A DNA stretch of 64,000 nt from Hyalangium minutum (GTDB lineage: Bacteria; Myxococcota; Myxococcia; Myxococcales; Myxococcaceae). The notes beneath the pieces were generated by a model that did not search any database, was not told where the DNA came from, and saw nothing but the letters and a program-made list of their open reading frames with translations. The position numbers were made by a program, and so were the translations under genes. Of the stretch, positions 40,413 through 50,207 are shown one piece after another (the first letter of the stretch is position 1; each line of letters opens with the position of its first letter). The DNA lies in assembly GCF_000737315.1 (NCBI RefSeq), contig NZ_JMCB01000019.1, positions 124,001-188,000 on the forward strand, read 5' to 3'.

Positions 40413-41294
40413 CTACCCATCGAGCTGGCAAAAGCCGGGGCGCGCTGGTTCCTTCTGGATGCAATGAGCGAAGGGCCCACAGGTGCCGGGGCGCTGGGAA
40501 TCACAGGCCTGCCGACAGCTCCCCGCGATACAGAGGTATTCCTGCGGGCACGGCGGTTGGTCGGCACCACATTCCTGCAAGCACAGCATGCGTGCTTCAC
40601 CCGGACGATCGGGCCTGCTGAACACCGCGCAGCGCTGACCCGAGGGACAGGGCTGGGCCTGGCAGTTATCACCGAGTACCACCGCACAAGTGGAGGCCCC
40701 CGAGAAATGACGGACGCACGTCTGCCCCTCGGCGCACCCTTTGCGCTCGCAGGAGGGAAGGCAAGCTGGCGGCGCATGCGGGCTCTGAGCACAAACAAAG
40801 CCCTCCGGGCAGTTCGCGGGCACAGTCAGGCGACAGGGGCGTCCACAGAAAGAGTTGGCACAGACACTGCCTCGCTCACACGCCCGTTCACGACTGAGCG
40901 CCAGCAGTCCTCCACACTCCTCGCCCTCCTTGCGCAGGCCGACGGTCCGGCACAGGCGAACCCAAGGGCCACTGCCTTCTGTACGCACGGCTTGGCAGGT
41001 GGTGCCATCGCGGCACTGCGCGTCTGTCTCACACTGGCTGTCAGCGCAGAGCGGCTCTTTGAACGCGGAATGCGTCAGGCATCCCAGGGGTGGCTCGCAC
41101 TCCGCGCTCCGTTCGCAGGGGCGCCAGTAGGTTGCCCGGCCCAGCCTCTGCTCGGGTGTAAGCACGGGACTGACGTTGAGTTCCCACTCTTCCAGAGCAC
41201 GGGACTCTTGAGGCAGCAAGCCCCGCAGCAACAAGGCCCAGGGCAAGATGAAGAGAGCCCCTACGATCAGTGCTGCCCAGGTTCGCTTCTTCAC
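40413..41294 (-). CDS. Cys-rich membrane-anchored/secreted protein (Dickkopf-like repeats)
   Basis: N-terminal hydrophobic helix followed by many C-x3-x-x-C-x4-x-C modules. GTG at 41294 overlaps the upstream stop (GTGA). Confidence 0.7.
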   Translation of the reverse strand: MKKRTWAALIVGALFILPWALLLRGLLPQESRALEEWELNVSPVLTPEQRLGRATYWRPCERSAECEPPLGCLTHSAFKEPLCADSQCETDAQCRDGTTCQAVRTEGSGPWVRLCRTVGLRKEGEECGGLLALSRERACERGSVCANSFCGRPCRLTVPANCPEGFVCAQSPHAPPACLPSCERKGCAEGQTCVRHFSGASTCAVVLGDNCQAQPCPSGQRCAVFSRPDRPGEARMLCLQECGADQPPCPQEYLCIAGSCRQACDSQRPGTCGPFAHCIQKEPARPGFCQLDG

Positions 41295-41503
41295 CTCCCG
41301 GCACACCTGGCGTCGCACTCCTCGGGATCTGGCTGGGTGGCGCAGTATTCCTGAAGGTGTTCCTTCGGCGGACACTCCCCATCCTCAAGCATCTCCTCGA
41401 TGTCCGCTTGAGCCGCACGATCCAGGGTGCCTCCACGCCCAAAGGCGTGAGGGCACCCGAGCGTCCCTAGCATCACCAGCCCTCCGAGGAAGAGTCTCCG
41501 CAC
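41291..41503 (-). CDS. Small Cys-rich lipoprotein, 70 aa
   Basis: Signal/lipobox LGTLGC; mature part has 4 Cys (ECPP...YC...ECDARC). Confidence 0.7.
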   Translation of the reverse strand: MRRLFLGGLVMLGTLGCPHAFGRGGTLDRAAQADIEEMLEDGECPPKEHLQEYCATQPDPEECDARCAGR

Positions 41504-41694
41504 AAGCGCTCCTTCAACCTGGGAGTGTTGGCGAAGTCTAGCAGAAGCGACCCCTCACAGGCCCATCTGGTGCTCGGGCATGAGGGCATAGCCATCAGCG
41601 CCGACAAGAAGTATGCGTTCTTCTTCCCGGGCGACGTGCCTGGCGGGAAGTGGGTGCGCTACCGCATCATCGACAAGTCACACGCGAGCACACC

Positions 41695-42090
41695 ATGACG
41701 GAGAACACAGGAGAACCCTCGGGCACCCGTCACGTGAGGATCAACCGCGGGGACGTGTTCTGGATCGCGCCCGATGACTCGCGCGGGCCTGTCCCGGGGT
41801 ACTCCCATCCCCACGTGGTGGTGCAGGACGACGTCTTCAACCACTCGCGCATCACCACCGTGGTCGTATGCGCATTGACGTCGAACCTGCACCGGGCCAC
41901 CGAGCCGGGGAACGTCCTGCTCGAGGAGGGCGAGGGCAACCTCCCCAAGCAGAGCGTGGTGGTCGTGTCGCAGATCTCCTCGGTCGACAAGACCCACCTG
42001 GGGGAACGCATCGGGTCGCTGTCCAGCGCACGGGTGGATCAAATCCTGGACGGCCTGCGCTTCCAACAGGTGTCGTTCTTCGAGCGGTAG
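41695..42090 (+). CDS. PemK/MazF-family toxin
   Basis: RGDVFW...HPHVVVQDDVFN...TVVVCALTS...GNV...LPKQSVVVVSQISSVDK...IGSL. Confidence 0.85.
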   Translation: MTENTGEPSGTRHVRINRGDVFWIAPDDSRGPVPGYSHPHVVVQDDVFNHSRITTVVVCALTSNLHRATEPGNVLLEEGEGNLPKQSVVVVSQISSVDKTHLGERIGSLSSARVDQILDGLRFQQVSFFER

Positions 42091-42123
42091 CGGCGCTCAG
42101 ACAGCGCTCGAAGTGCTTGGAGG

Positions 42124-43941
42124 CTACGCCGCCGCTATTCTCAGCGGCGTGTCACGCCCCAGGGCGATGAAAGGCGCCCAGCTGTGGGGGTGGGGATGGC
42201 TTTGGCGCACCAGACGCATCGCCGCCTGCAATGCGCTGCAGCGGCCCTGCCCCTCCCGCAGAAAACCGTAATACGCCTCCATCAGCGTCCGGGTCGTCTC
42301 ATCGTTCACCTTCCACAGACTCGTCACCACGGTCTCCGCTCCCGCGATGATGAAGGCCCGGCGCAGCCCGTACACACCCTGTCCCAGCTTGACCTCGCCG
42401 CGTCCGGTGTCGCACGCGGAGAGCACCACCAACTGCGTGCCCCAAAGGTTCATCCCCGCCAGTTCCAGCGCCGTCACCCAGCAGTTGTCGGCAGGGGCCG
42501 GGTCCGAGGAAGAGGCCAGCGCCAACGCCGAGCACAACAACGGATCGGAGGGGCGTGGTGCACAGGCATCCGTTCCCAGTACTCCGAAGTGAACCATGGC
42601 GCGCTGGACCGCGAGCCCAGGAGACGGATCCCCCTGGAAGGAGCCATGGGTGGCCAGGTGCAGCACTCCGGGCGCGGAGAGGCTCAGCAGCCGCTCCTTG
42701 GTCGCCTCCGGTCCCAGGAAGAGCTGGGCCTGCGGCAACAAGCGCTGGATGGCCTCGGCCTCCCGGCGGGTGCCCGGCAGCGGCACGCACGTCCGCTGCG
42801 CCACGTTGTGCGAGGAGGACTCGCTCACCGCCGGCGCTTCCGCGCAGAAGTCCTCCTGCCCAGAGCCGCTGAAACCCGGGTCCGCCAGCACGACCACCGA
42901 GCGGGAGACAGGCACGTCCTCCACCCGAGGCAACAGCTCCTTGCCGGAGGTGAGATAGATGAAGTCGAAGGAGTCGATGAGGAACTGGCTCCCATCGTGC
43001 AACGCGGCGAACGGCACGAAGGAGAGCTGGCCATCCGTGGACAGGAAGAGGCGCCGGACTCCTCTCACCAGCGCATGGATGGGCTGAAAGGCCAGCTCAT
43101 ACAGCTGCTGGGCCATGCCCAGGTAGGCGGCATCCCGGTTGGCCAGGGCGTTGCGCAGTTCCGAGGCAGCCTTGTCGATGAACTCGGCCCAGCCCAGATC
43201 CACGACGCTCACGCGGGCATCCGGGAAGAGGACAAGCGCCAGGTAGCGGAGCCGCGCGGTGTTCCGCGACTCGGAAGTGTCAGGCTGAGGCCCGAACGGA
43301 GGCTCCCGGTATGCCACCAGCTCGACGAGGGCGCCGTCTCGCGGGAGGGCCGCGGCGACCTGCTCGATGATGTGCTCGGCGGAAGGCAGCGCGGCGCGGG
43401 CGCGCAGCGGCGCCGAGCGCCGGGCCAGCTCGGCCTCGAGCGCCTCCCCTTGCGCGGCAAGCGACTGGAGACGCTGCTGGTAGTCCGCGGGGGACTGCCA
43501 GCCCACGCGCTGGTTCGCCAGGGTGGAGAGCTCCTCGCGCAGCGCACACAGCCGCGCGAAGGCCTCGCAGGCCCGCGCGCCCAGGCGCTGGTAGATGGCC
43601 TGGGAGGTGTCAGCGGCCTCATCGAGGGCGCGGCCCTTGAGCAGCAGCACGGCCGCGAGCGCCAAGCGCTGCACGCGCACGTCCTCCGGGTGAGCGCGCA
43701 ACAGCGCGTAGAGGCGCTCCTCGCCAGCGCGGAGACGTTGGAGAAAGCGGGCCAGCCGGGACGTGGAGAACGCGAGCGCTTCCTGGCGCAGTCGCTGCTC
43801 GGACAAGGTGAAGGCGCGCCAGAGCAAGACCAGCGCATCGTCCAGACGCGCCTGAGCCAGACACAACTCAGCCATGTCGTACAGCTTCTCCGCGATCAGC
43901 GGATCGCGGACGCTTCCCCCGAGAACTGGCAGCATGTCCAT
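42124..43941 (-). CDS. CHAT (caspase-like) protease with a short TPR-like N-terminus
   Basis: Catalytic HLATHG and LSACDTG; GVYGLRRAF; TSLWKV; WAPF. Confidence 0.88.
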   Translation of the reverse strand: MDMLPVLGGSVRDPLIAEKLYDMAELCLAQARLDDALVLLWRAFTLSEQRLRQEALAFSTSRLARFLQRLRAGEERLYALLRAHPEDVRVQRLALAAVLLLKGRALDEAADTSQAIYQRLGARACEAFARLCALREELSTLANQRVGWQSPADYQQRLQSLAAQGEALEAELARRSAPLRARAALPSAEHIIEQVAAALPRDGALVELVAYREPPFGPQPDTSESRNTARLRYLALVLFPDARVSVVDLGWAEFIDKAASELRNALANRDAAYLGMAQQLYELAFQPIHALVRGVRRLFLSTDGQLSFVPFAALHDGSQFLIDSFDFIYLTSGKELLPRVEDVPVSRSVVVLADPGFSGSGQEDFCAEAPAVSESSSHNVAQRTCVPLPGTRREAEAIQRLLPQAQLFLGPEATKERLLSLSAPGVLHLATHGSFQGDPSPGLAVQRAMVHFGVLGTDACAPRPSDPLLCSALALASSSDPAPADNCWVTALELAGMNLWGTQLVVLSACDTGRGEVKLGQGVYGLRRAFIIAGAETVVTSLWKVNDETTRTLMEAYYGFLREGQGRCSALQAAMRLVRQSHPHPHSWAPFIALGRDTPLRIAAA

Positions 43942-44010
43942 CTCCAGCGGGCCCCCATGTACTTGCCCGCTGAGAAGAAGAGACTGCCGCGTTCAGAATC
44001 ATTCAAGAAT

Positions 44011-47000
44011 TCAGCGGCCACCCCTGGCACAGACACGCACCCCCGTGAGCAGGTCGCTCTGTGTGGGATCGCCCGCAGTGTGATTCGCCATATTGGCGGA
44101 GTACACGTCGTAGTACCAAGCCCCTCCTCGAAGGGAGATCGAGCCCCGCTCGGGCGTCACGGAGCGGGTGAGCTCGAAGGCATTGCCCACGGTGTCCACC
44201 AACCCGAAGGGGCTGGTCGAGTTCGGGTGCGAGCCCACCATGTCAGGCCCGTAATCCAAGGGAATCCGGCCATAGGTGGTGTCGATGTTTGCGTCGTCCG
44301 GCAACAGCACCTCTCCATGAGGGAAGCTGCGGCCGTCCACGCCGCGCGCCGCGTACTCCCACTCCAGCGCGGTGCACAGGCGCGCCCCGGGCAGGCGCCC
44401 CGTACCGTCCAGCCACGAGAAGTAGTCCTCGAGATCCCTGACCGAGATGCCCGTCAGCGGAAACCGCCGCCAATCCGCGGTGGAGCGCCGGGTCCTCGTG
44501 GGGTAGCGGAAGAGCTCGCCCTCCGCCGCCGTGGAGACCTTCTGGCTCGAATGATGGAAGGAGAAGCTCCAGCCGCCGCCAGGCGTCTTGCGCAGCACCA
44601 CCGCGCGACCCTTGTCATTGAAGCGCGCCTGCGCGAGGAGCTGCCTCGCGGAGTGCCCCGGTGGAAGGGAGTCGAGGTACATCAACCAGTCGCCGAACGT
44701 CACTTCCGTCCGCCCGATGAAGTACCCCTGGGTCAGGCAGACCCGGTGCATCGGCGGACTGGTCATGGCCACCCTCAACACCTCGGGATCGGCACTCCCC
44801 TGGAGGAAGCATCCGGGCGGAACGTACACATAGCCCTCGGGGATGGAGGCGGGCAGGTCCACGAGGAGCTGCTCCCCGGCCCCGTGGGACAGGAGCACGA
44901 GCAGCTCCACGGGCGCGGAGCTGGGGTGCGTGATGCGCAGCTGGTAGGAGCCCTCGGGCAGGCGCAGGCCCCGCAGTGGGGTCAGGCCCCAGGTGCCCGC
45001 TTCCGGAACCCGCTCCAGCCGCTCCCCCTCCGCGCCGCGGATGGAGCGCTGGATCGTCACGGTGGCTCCCGGAGGCTCCGTCACCAGCTCGAGCTCGGCG
45101 GGAGCCTGGAATCGCTCCCACCACCGCCGCGCCTCACTCGAGACCTCGGCCATCCGCTCCAGGCTCTGCACCCGCTCCTCGCGCTCACGCTGCTGGTGGA
45201 AGCGCTCCGCCAGGAGAATTCGCTCGTAGGTGACTTCCGCCAGCAGCTCCCGCGTTTCCGGGTTCCCCCTGTCACGCTCCAGCGCCCTCTCGAGCTCCCG
45301 GCTGGCGCGAGCATAATCGCGCTCAGCCTGGTCCCTCAGCGCCAGCGCCCTGGCCCATTTTCCCTCGTCGGAGTCCTGGAGGGGATCAGGCCCCGGAGAG
45401 CCCCGCCCGTCGAACAGCGCGAGCGCCTCCTCGCGGAGGTCACCGGCCTGCCGGGCAAGGCCGCGCCCCGTGGCGAACGCTTCCAGCGCCAGCCCTTGGT
45501 GCGTGGCGATGAAGCGTGTGTCCTCGCGGTACGTCTGTAGGCGGAGCCCAGCATAGACCGCGGCGAGGGCCAGCACGACAGCCAGCGCGGCCACCCAGCG
45601 TCCCCACCGCTGGCGCACCACCACACGGCGGGAGGCGGCCAGGAAGGAGCGCTCCCGAAGCCCCAAGGTGGAAGGATCGAGCAGGCTCGCCTCGGCCAAC
45701 TGGCGCTGTCCCCAGAGCACCTCCCGGGCCCCTCCCAGCCGCTCCCAGTCGGCGCTCGCGTCCTCGAGCCGCTTGCGCACCACCCGGTGGCCAATGTCGC
45801 CATCCAGCCAATCGCGCAGGGTGCCCCACCCTTCGATCAGCGAGTCATGCGCGATCTCCCAGCGGGCCTCGCCGCCCACGGTGCGCATGTGCAGCAGACG
45901 GCCCTCGACGAGCGCGCGAAGCGCGGCGCGGGCGCTCTCCTCCGAGCTTCCCAGGAGATCCTCCTCGCCTCGCTCGACCCGCGTGCCCTCGGCCGTGACC
46001 AACCTCAAGAGCAGCCCCCGCGCCGCCGCGCGCCCAGCCGGCCGCAGGCGCAGGAGCACCCCATCGGCATGCCGAGACAGCGCTCCGGCCACTCCTCCCA
46101 TCTGCTCGAGCGCCGCCTGGGTGATGCAGCCTCGCGCGGCGTCGCGCCGCTCCCACAACTCGGCGAGCGCGAACTGCAGAAGGGGCAGATTCCCCATGCC
46201 CCGGGCCATGGAGGCCATGAGCACCTGGATGAGCGCCTCGGACTCGAACGCCACACCGCGGCGGCGGGCGGGACCGATGATGGCCTCGCGCACCCCCTCG
46301 GGGGACAAGGGCCGCAGGAGGTAGAGCGCGCGCTCCGCCTCCTCGCCCAGGCCAGGCAGCGCGCACACCCGCGTCAGGAAATCTCCCCGCACCGCCATGA
46401 GCACACGCACACCCGCCGTCGGCAGGGACAGCTCCCCGAGGATGCGGGCGAAGTGCTCCGCCTGCGCTGGCTCCGCAATCGTGATGAGCTCCTCGATCTG
46501 ATCGATAAAGAGGAGCAGGCCGCGACCGGACCGGTATGCCTCGCGCAGCGCTCGCCCCAGCCAGGAGGGCTTGTCCTTCAGCAGCAGGACAAGCTCTTCC
46601 TCCTTGTGCCCCAGCCGGGGCGCGAGAGCGGCGGCCAGTGCCTCCAGCGGGCGCCGTCCAGGCCAGAGCGTGACCGTGACGGTCTCCCGGCCTTCCTCCA
46701 AAACTCCCGCGACCACCTGCGGCAGCACCCCCGCGCGGCACAGCGAGGACTTGCCGACACCCGAGTCTCCCGCGACGAGGACCAGAGGCTGATAGCGGAG
46801 CCGGTCCAGGACAGCGTGAATGTCTGCATCGCGTCCGAAGAAGAGAGCCCGGTGCTCGGCCTCGAAGGGCTCCAGCCCTCGGTAGGGATTGCCAGCAGCC
46901 AGGGGCACGGGCGCGACAATTCGCGTCAGGCGCTCCAGCGCCTCGCAGAGCGCCTCGGCCGAGGCGAAGCGCTCCCGCGCATCCGCCGCGCAGCACCGGT

Positions 47001-47937
47001 CGATGAGGGCGGCGAAGTCCGGATCGATGAACGGCGCACGTCCGGAGGGAGGAGGCTCTGGCGTTGCCGTCCGGGAAGGGCGTGGCGGCACGCCGGTGCA
47101 CAGCTCGCGAAGCACGAGCCCCAGGGCGTAGATGTCGCTGCGCGCGGTCGCCGCCGCCCCTTCAAGGAGCTCGGAAGCCATATAGGCCACCGTGCCCGCG
47201 ACGACGCGTCCGCCAGAAGAGGCTCCGTCCGGCGCCTGCTCGAGCTGCTCGGCCAGGCCAAAGTCGAGCAGCTTCACCTCGCCGCTCTCAGTGAGCACGG
47301 CGTTGGACGGCTTGAGATCGCGGTGGAGCACGCCCCGGCGGTGCGCCGCCGCGAGCCCTCGGGCCAGTCCCAGCCCCAGGCCCAGCGCCTGGCGCCAGGG
47401 AATGGGCAGCGGCAGCTCCGCGAGGCTGCTGCCGGTGATGTACTCCGAGACGATATAGGGGTGTCCCTCCACCTCGCCCGTGCTGAACACCTGGACGACG
47501 TTGGGGTGCTGTATCTGGGCGACGATGCGTGCTTCGTTCTCGAAGTACTTCTGGACGGTGGGCTGGGGACGCAGGTCGGCGATGAACTTCAGCGCCACAT
47601 GCCGGTCCAGCGAGGTGTCATACGCCAGGTAGACCACGCCCATGCCGCCGCGCCCGAGCGGACGCTCCAGGCGGAACTCGTTGCACACGTGAGGGGGGGT
47701 CCAGGTCGCCCCATCCTCCTTGGCCGGCTCCGGTTCGGAGGTCCCACGCGGAGAGCCCAGCCTGGGCGGAGGGGAGTCTGGCGGTGCGAGCTCCACCAGC
47801 AGGAGTCTGCACTCATGACACCGTGCGGCGTGATGGTGGGCGTGGGACAGTTCCTCGTCGGGCAACTCACCGGCGCTGAGCGCCATGAGGACGTCATCCG
47901 TCAGGCAGGGCGATGAAGACATAGACATGTCGCTCAA
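44011..47937 (-). CDS. ZAS-finger Ser/Thr kinase - nSTAND1 NTPase - TM - PEGA - FGE/SUMF1 multidomain protein
   Basis: HxxxCxxC at the N-terminus; GRGGMG, HRDLKPSN, DFGLA; PYRGLEPF...GDSGVGKSS, FIDQIEE; TEPPGATV; FYIGRTEVT, EWEYAARG, GNAFE, RGGAW. Confidence 0.88.
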   Translation of the reverse strand: MSDMSMSSSPCLTDDVLMALSAGELPDEELSHAHHHAARCHECRLLLVELAPPDSPPPRLGSPRGTSEPEPAKEDGATWTPPHVCNEFRLERPLGRGGMGVVYLAYDTSLDRHVALKFIADLRPQPTVQKYFENEARIVAQIQHPNVVQVFSTGEVEGHPYIVSEYITGSSLAELPLPIPWRQALGLGLGLARGLAAAHRRGVLHRDLKPSNAVLTESGEVKLLDFGLAEQLEQAPDGASSGGRVVAGTVAYMASELLEGAAATARSDIYALGLVLRELCTGVPPRPSRTATPEPPPSGRAPFIDPDFAALIDRCCAADARERFASAEALCEALERLTRIVAPVPLAAGNPYRGLEPFEAEHRALFFGRDADIHAVLDRLRYQPLVLVAGDSGVGKSSLCRAGVLPQVVAGVLEEGRETVTVTLWPGRRPLEALAAALAPRLGHKEEELVLLLKDKPSWLGRALREAYRSGRGLLLFIDQIEELITIAEPAQAEHFARILGELSLPTAGVRVLMAVRGDFLTRVCALPGLGEEAERALYLLRPLSPEGVREAIIGPARRRGVAFESEALIQVLMASMARGMGNLPLLQFALAELWERRDAARGCITQAALEQMGGVAGALSRHADGVLLRLRPAGRAAARGLLLRLVTAEGTRVERGEEDLLGSSEESARAALRALVEGRLLHMRTVGGEARWEIAHDSLIEGWGTLRDWLDGDIGHRVVRKRLEDASADWERLGGAREVLWGQRQLAEASLLDPSTLGLRERSFLAASRRVVVRQRWGRWVAALAVVLALAAVYAGLRLQTYREDTRFIATHQGLALEAFATGRGLARQAGDLREEALALFDGRGSPGPDPLQDSDEGKWARALALRDQAERDYARASRELERALERDRGNPETRELLAEVTYERILLAERFHQQREREERVQSLERMAEVSSEARRWWERFQAPAELELVTEPPGATVTIQRSIRGAEGERLERVPEAGTWGLTPLRGLRLPEGSYQLRITHPSSAPVELLVLLSHGAGEQLLVDLPASIPEGYVYVPPGCFLQGSADPEVLRVAMTSPPMHRVCLTQGYFIGRTEVTFGDWLMYLDSLPPGHSARQLLAQARFNDKGRAVVLRKTPGGGWSFSFHHSSQKVSTAAEGELFRYPTRTRRSTADWRRFPLTGISVRDLEDYFSWLDGTGRLPGARLCTALEWEYAARGVDGRSFPHGEVLLPDDANIDTTYGRIPLDYGPDMVGSHPNSTSPFGLVDTVGNAFELTRSVTPERGSISLRGGAWYYDVYSANMANHTAGDPTQSDLLTGVRVCARGGR

Positions 47938-48011
47938 AGCCTCTCAAACGACGGGGTACCCGGCGCTGGCTCGATTGCGAGCATCGCAAGGGACATGGTA
48001 CAGCCAGGAGA

Positions 48012-48941
48012 ATGCCCGAGCCCCTCGATCTGGCTGCCACGTTTCTCTCGCATGTGCGGGGACGCCTCGTCCTTCCCTCGGGTGCTGCTGAACTCAACCT
48101 CGTGCTGAACCAGGCTCTGGAGAGCGCCCGCACGAGGTGGCCGGAGGTGAAGCTCGCCCCCGAGCTGTTCATGACACACCTGGCCGAGCGTCTGCCAGGC
48201 TCCAAGCCAGAGAGCTCCCTCGAGGAGCTCCTCGGGCAACTGCGAGTGGAAGAGCTTTACTTGGCGTGTGCCTGTCTGCATCAGGTTCCCATGGCTGCCG
48301 AGATGTTTGAGCAGCACTATCTCCGGAAGCTGCCCAGGTTGTTGAGACATCGCGAGCGCTCCGCCGCCACCATTGATGAAATCTGCCAGCTGGCCAGCAT
48401 GAAAATCCTGGTCGCTACCCACGAGGGCCCTCCCAAGATCGCCGAGTACAAGGGAACCGGGGACCTGCAGGGCTGGGTGCGCGTCATTGCCGTGCGCATC
48501 GCCCTCCGTCAGCGCCAGGGGCCGGAGTTCGCTCCGGAAGAGCCGGAGGACTTCCCAGAGCCCATCCACCTCTCGGAAGATCCGGGGCTGCGCTTCATCA
48601 AGAAACATCATCAAGAAGATCTGCGACATGCCTTTCGCGAGGCCTTTGCCTTACTCTCGGACGATGACCGGTACCTTTTGCGCCTGTATTACGTGGATGG
48701 GCTGTCGATGTATAAGATGGAGCCGCTGCTGCGCACCAGCCAGCCCACCATCTCCCGGCGGCTGAGTCAGATCCGGGAGAAGCTTGGCGCGGAGATCAAG
48801 CGCCACCTTCATGCACGCTTGGGAGTGTCCGAGAAGGACTTCCAGAGCTTCATCAACCTCGTGGACAGTCAGTTCGATCTGCACCTCAGCCGGCTGCTGG
48901 GGGAGGCGGCGGCGCCGGATCGGACTCCGCCCTTCAGCTAA
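48012..48941 (+). CDS. Myxococcales-type sigma-70-like factor (TIGR03001-like)
   Basis: ARTRWPEV, ELYLACAC, YKGTGDLQGWVRVIA, C-terminal HTH (LRLYYVDGLSM...TISRRL). Confidence 0.8.
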   Translation: MPEPLDLAATFLSHVRGRLVLPSGAAELNLVLNQALESARTRWPEVKLAPELFMTHLAERLPGSKPESSLEELLGQLRVEELYLACACLHQVPMAAEMFEQHYLRKLPRLLRHRERSAATIDEICQLASMKILVATHEGPPKIAEYKGTGDLQGWVRVIAVRIALRQRQGPEFAPEEPEDFPEPIHLSEDPGLRFIKKHHQEDLRHAFREAFALLSDDDRYLLRLYYVDGLSMYKMEPLLRTSQPTISRRLSQIREKLGAEIKRHLHARLGVSEKDFQSFINLVDSQFDLHLSRLLGEAAAPDRTPPFS

Positions 48942-48959
48942 CCTCCCGGGGCCTCGCCC

Positions 48960-50042
48960 TCACCGCTGGGGGGCTTTCGCAGGGGGCGCCGCGCCCTCGG
49001 GGATGCCATAGGACTTGTTCCGCAACAGGGCGGTCTGAGGCTTCCCTCCCGTCCGCTGAACGGAGCAGCGGTCTCCTTCTCCCAGCTCCACCGCCCCCCC
49101 CTTACGGAACCGGTTGGGGCACTCCGCGAGGATCGTCTCCAGGGCACGACCGTCACGCGTGTGCTCCAGGCAGATCGCTCCGTCGGGCCCCCACGCCGCC
49201 TCGAACGAAAGCGCCGGATCCCAATCCGCCGCGCTCTCGGGGGTCCGCTTCAGCACGCCGAACGGATCGTACATGTCGATGGAGTTGTCTTGATACGTGT
49301 GGCTGCGGCCGTTGCCGCAGTAGTCCGCGCGCGCCATCCGCGTGCAGGCCTGGTGCACGTCGGTGAGCGGCTTGCCGCCGCGGCTCTCCCAGGGCTTGTA
49401 GCCCCAGTCAATGCACTTGGCGATGGCGCCATTCTCACAGGCAAAGGTGAAGTGCTCCGCCGAGTCCTTGCGCGCGCCGGTCAGATCCCACACGCCGCTC
49501 ACCGCGAGCACCCGGGGTGAGGGGACACGGTCCACCGCGACACAAGGGTTCTCCCACTCCTGAGCCACGGGGTTCCAGGCCTCGATGCGGTACCACATCA
49601 TCTCCGGAGACTGGGGAGCGGGCTCGGACTCGCAGATGGCCACCTCCACGGGCTTGCCTTCGCTCGAGCGCCCCTGGAGGACGAGGCCGGTCACCTTCGC
49701 ACCCGCTGGGGAGGCCTCCAGGGAGCCGCCCTTGAGCTGGAGGGACTTCACCGCAGTGTCCCCCGGCTTCACGGGCGAGAGGGCCACCGAGACGAGCACG
49801 CTGCGGGTCTCCGGCGCCACCTTCTCCGTATCCCAGTCCCGCCGGCTGCCCCACAGCATCGTCCCCTGGGGGTTGCGCTCCCGCGTGGGCGACCGAGGCT
49901 GGCACCGCCGCGCGTAGCGCTCGGCGTCGGACAGCGGGGCGGCCTTGGCTACCGCCTTCGCACTCGGAGGAGGAGCGGCGTATGCCACCGCGCTGAGATG
50001 AAGACACAACCCGGCCATCAGGAACCTATTGAAAAAGGTCAC
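48960..50042 (-). CDS. ADYC-domain secreted protein
   Basis: TFAC...AIAKC..WGYKPW...HQACTRMARADYCGNG...FEAAWGPDGAICL. GTG at 50042 with a GGAGAG RBS; alternative ATG at 50018. Confidence 0.85.
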   Translation of the reverse strand: MTFFNRFLMAGLCLHLSAVAYAAPPPSAKAVAKAAPLSDAERYARRCQPRSPTRERNPQGTMLWGSRRDWDTEKVAPETRSVLVSVALSPVKPGDTAVKSLQLKGGSLEASPAGAKVTGLVLQGRSSEGKPVEVAICESEPAPQSPEMMWYRIEAWNPVAQEWENPCVAVDRVPSPRVLAVSGVWDLTGARKDSAEHFTFACENGAIAKCIDWGYKPWESRGGKPLTDVHQACTRMARADYCGNGRSHTYQDNSIDMYDPFGVLKRTPESAADWDPALSFEAAWGPDGAICLEHTRDGRALETILAECPNRFRKGGAVELGEGDRCSVQRTGGKPQTALLRNKSYGIPEGAAPPAKAPQR

Positions 50043-50207
50043 GGTGCTCTCTCCGGTGAAGTCACGTCGGTGGGGCCTGAACCGGCCCTCACGGGTACAG
50101 AGCCAGTGTCGGCCCGAATCATTCAGAAAAACGGACGGGGTCCAGCGCTCGCCTCCTGCACCCATGAGAGAATGAGAGCTCTTGGGTAGGCAGGAGGTCT
50201 CGCACAC

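Noticed and set aside
42184-45540. 1118-aa plus-strand ORF, and similar long antisense ORFs (8975..11059, 15700..18336, 45787..47916)
   Set aside because: These are antisense shadows of GC3-rich genes with Arg/Gly/Ala-biased composition and no motifs.
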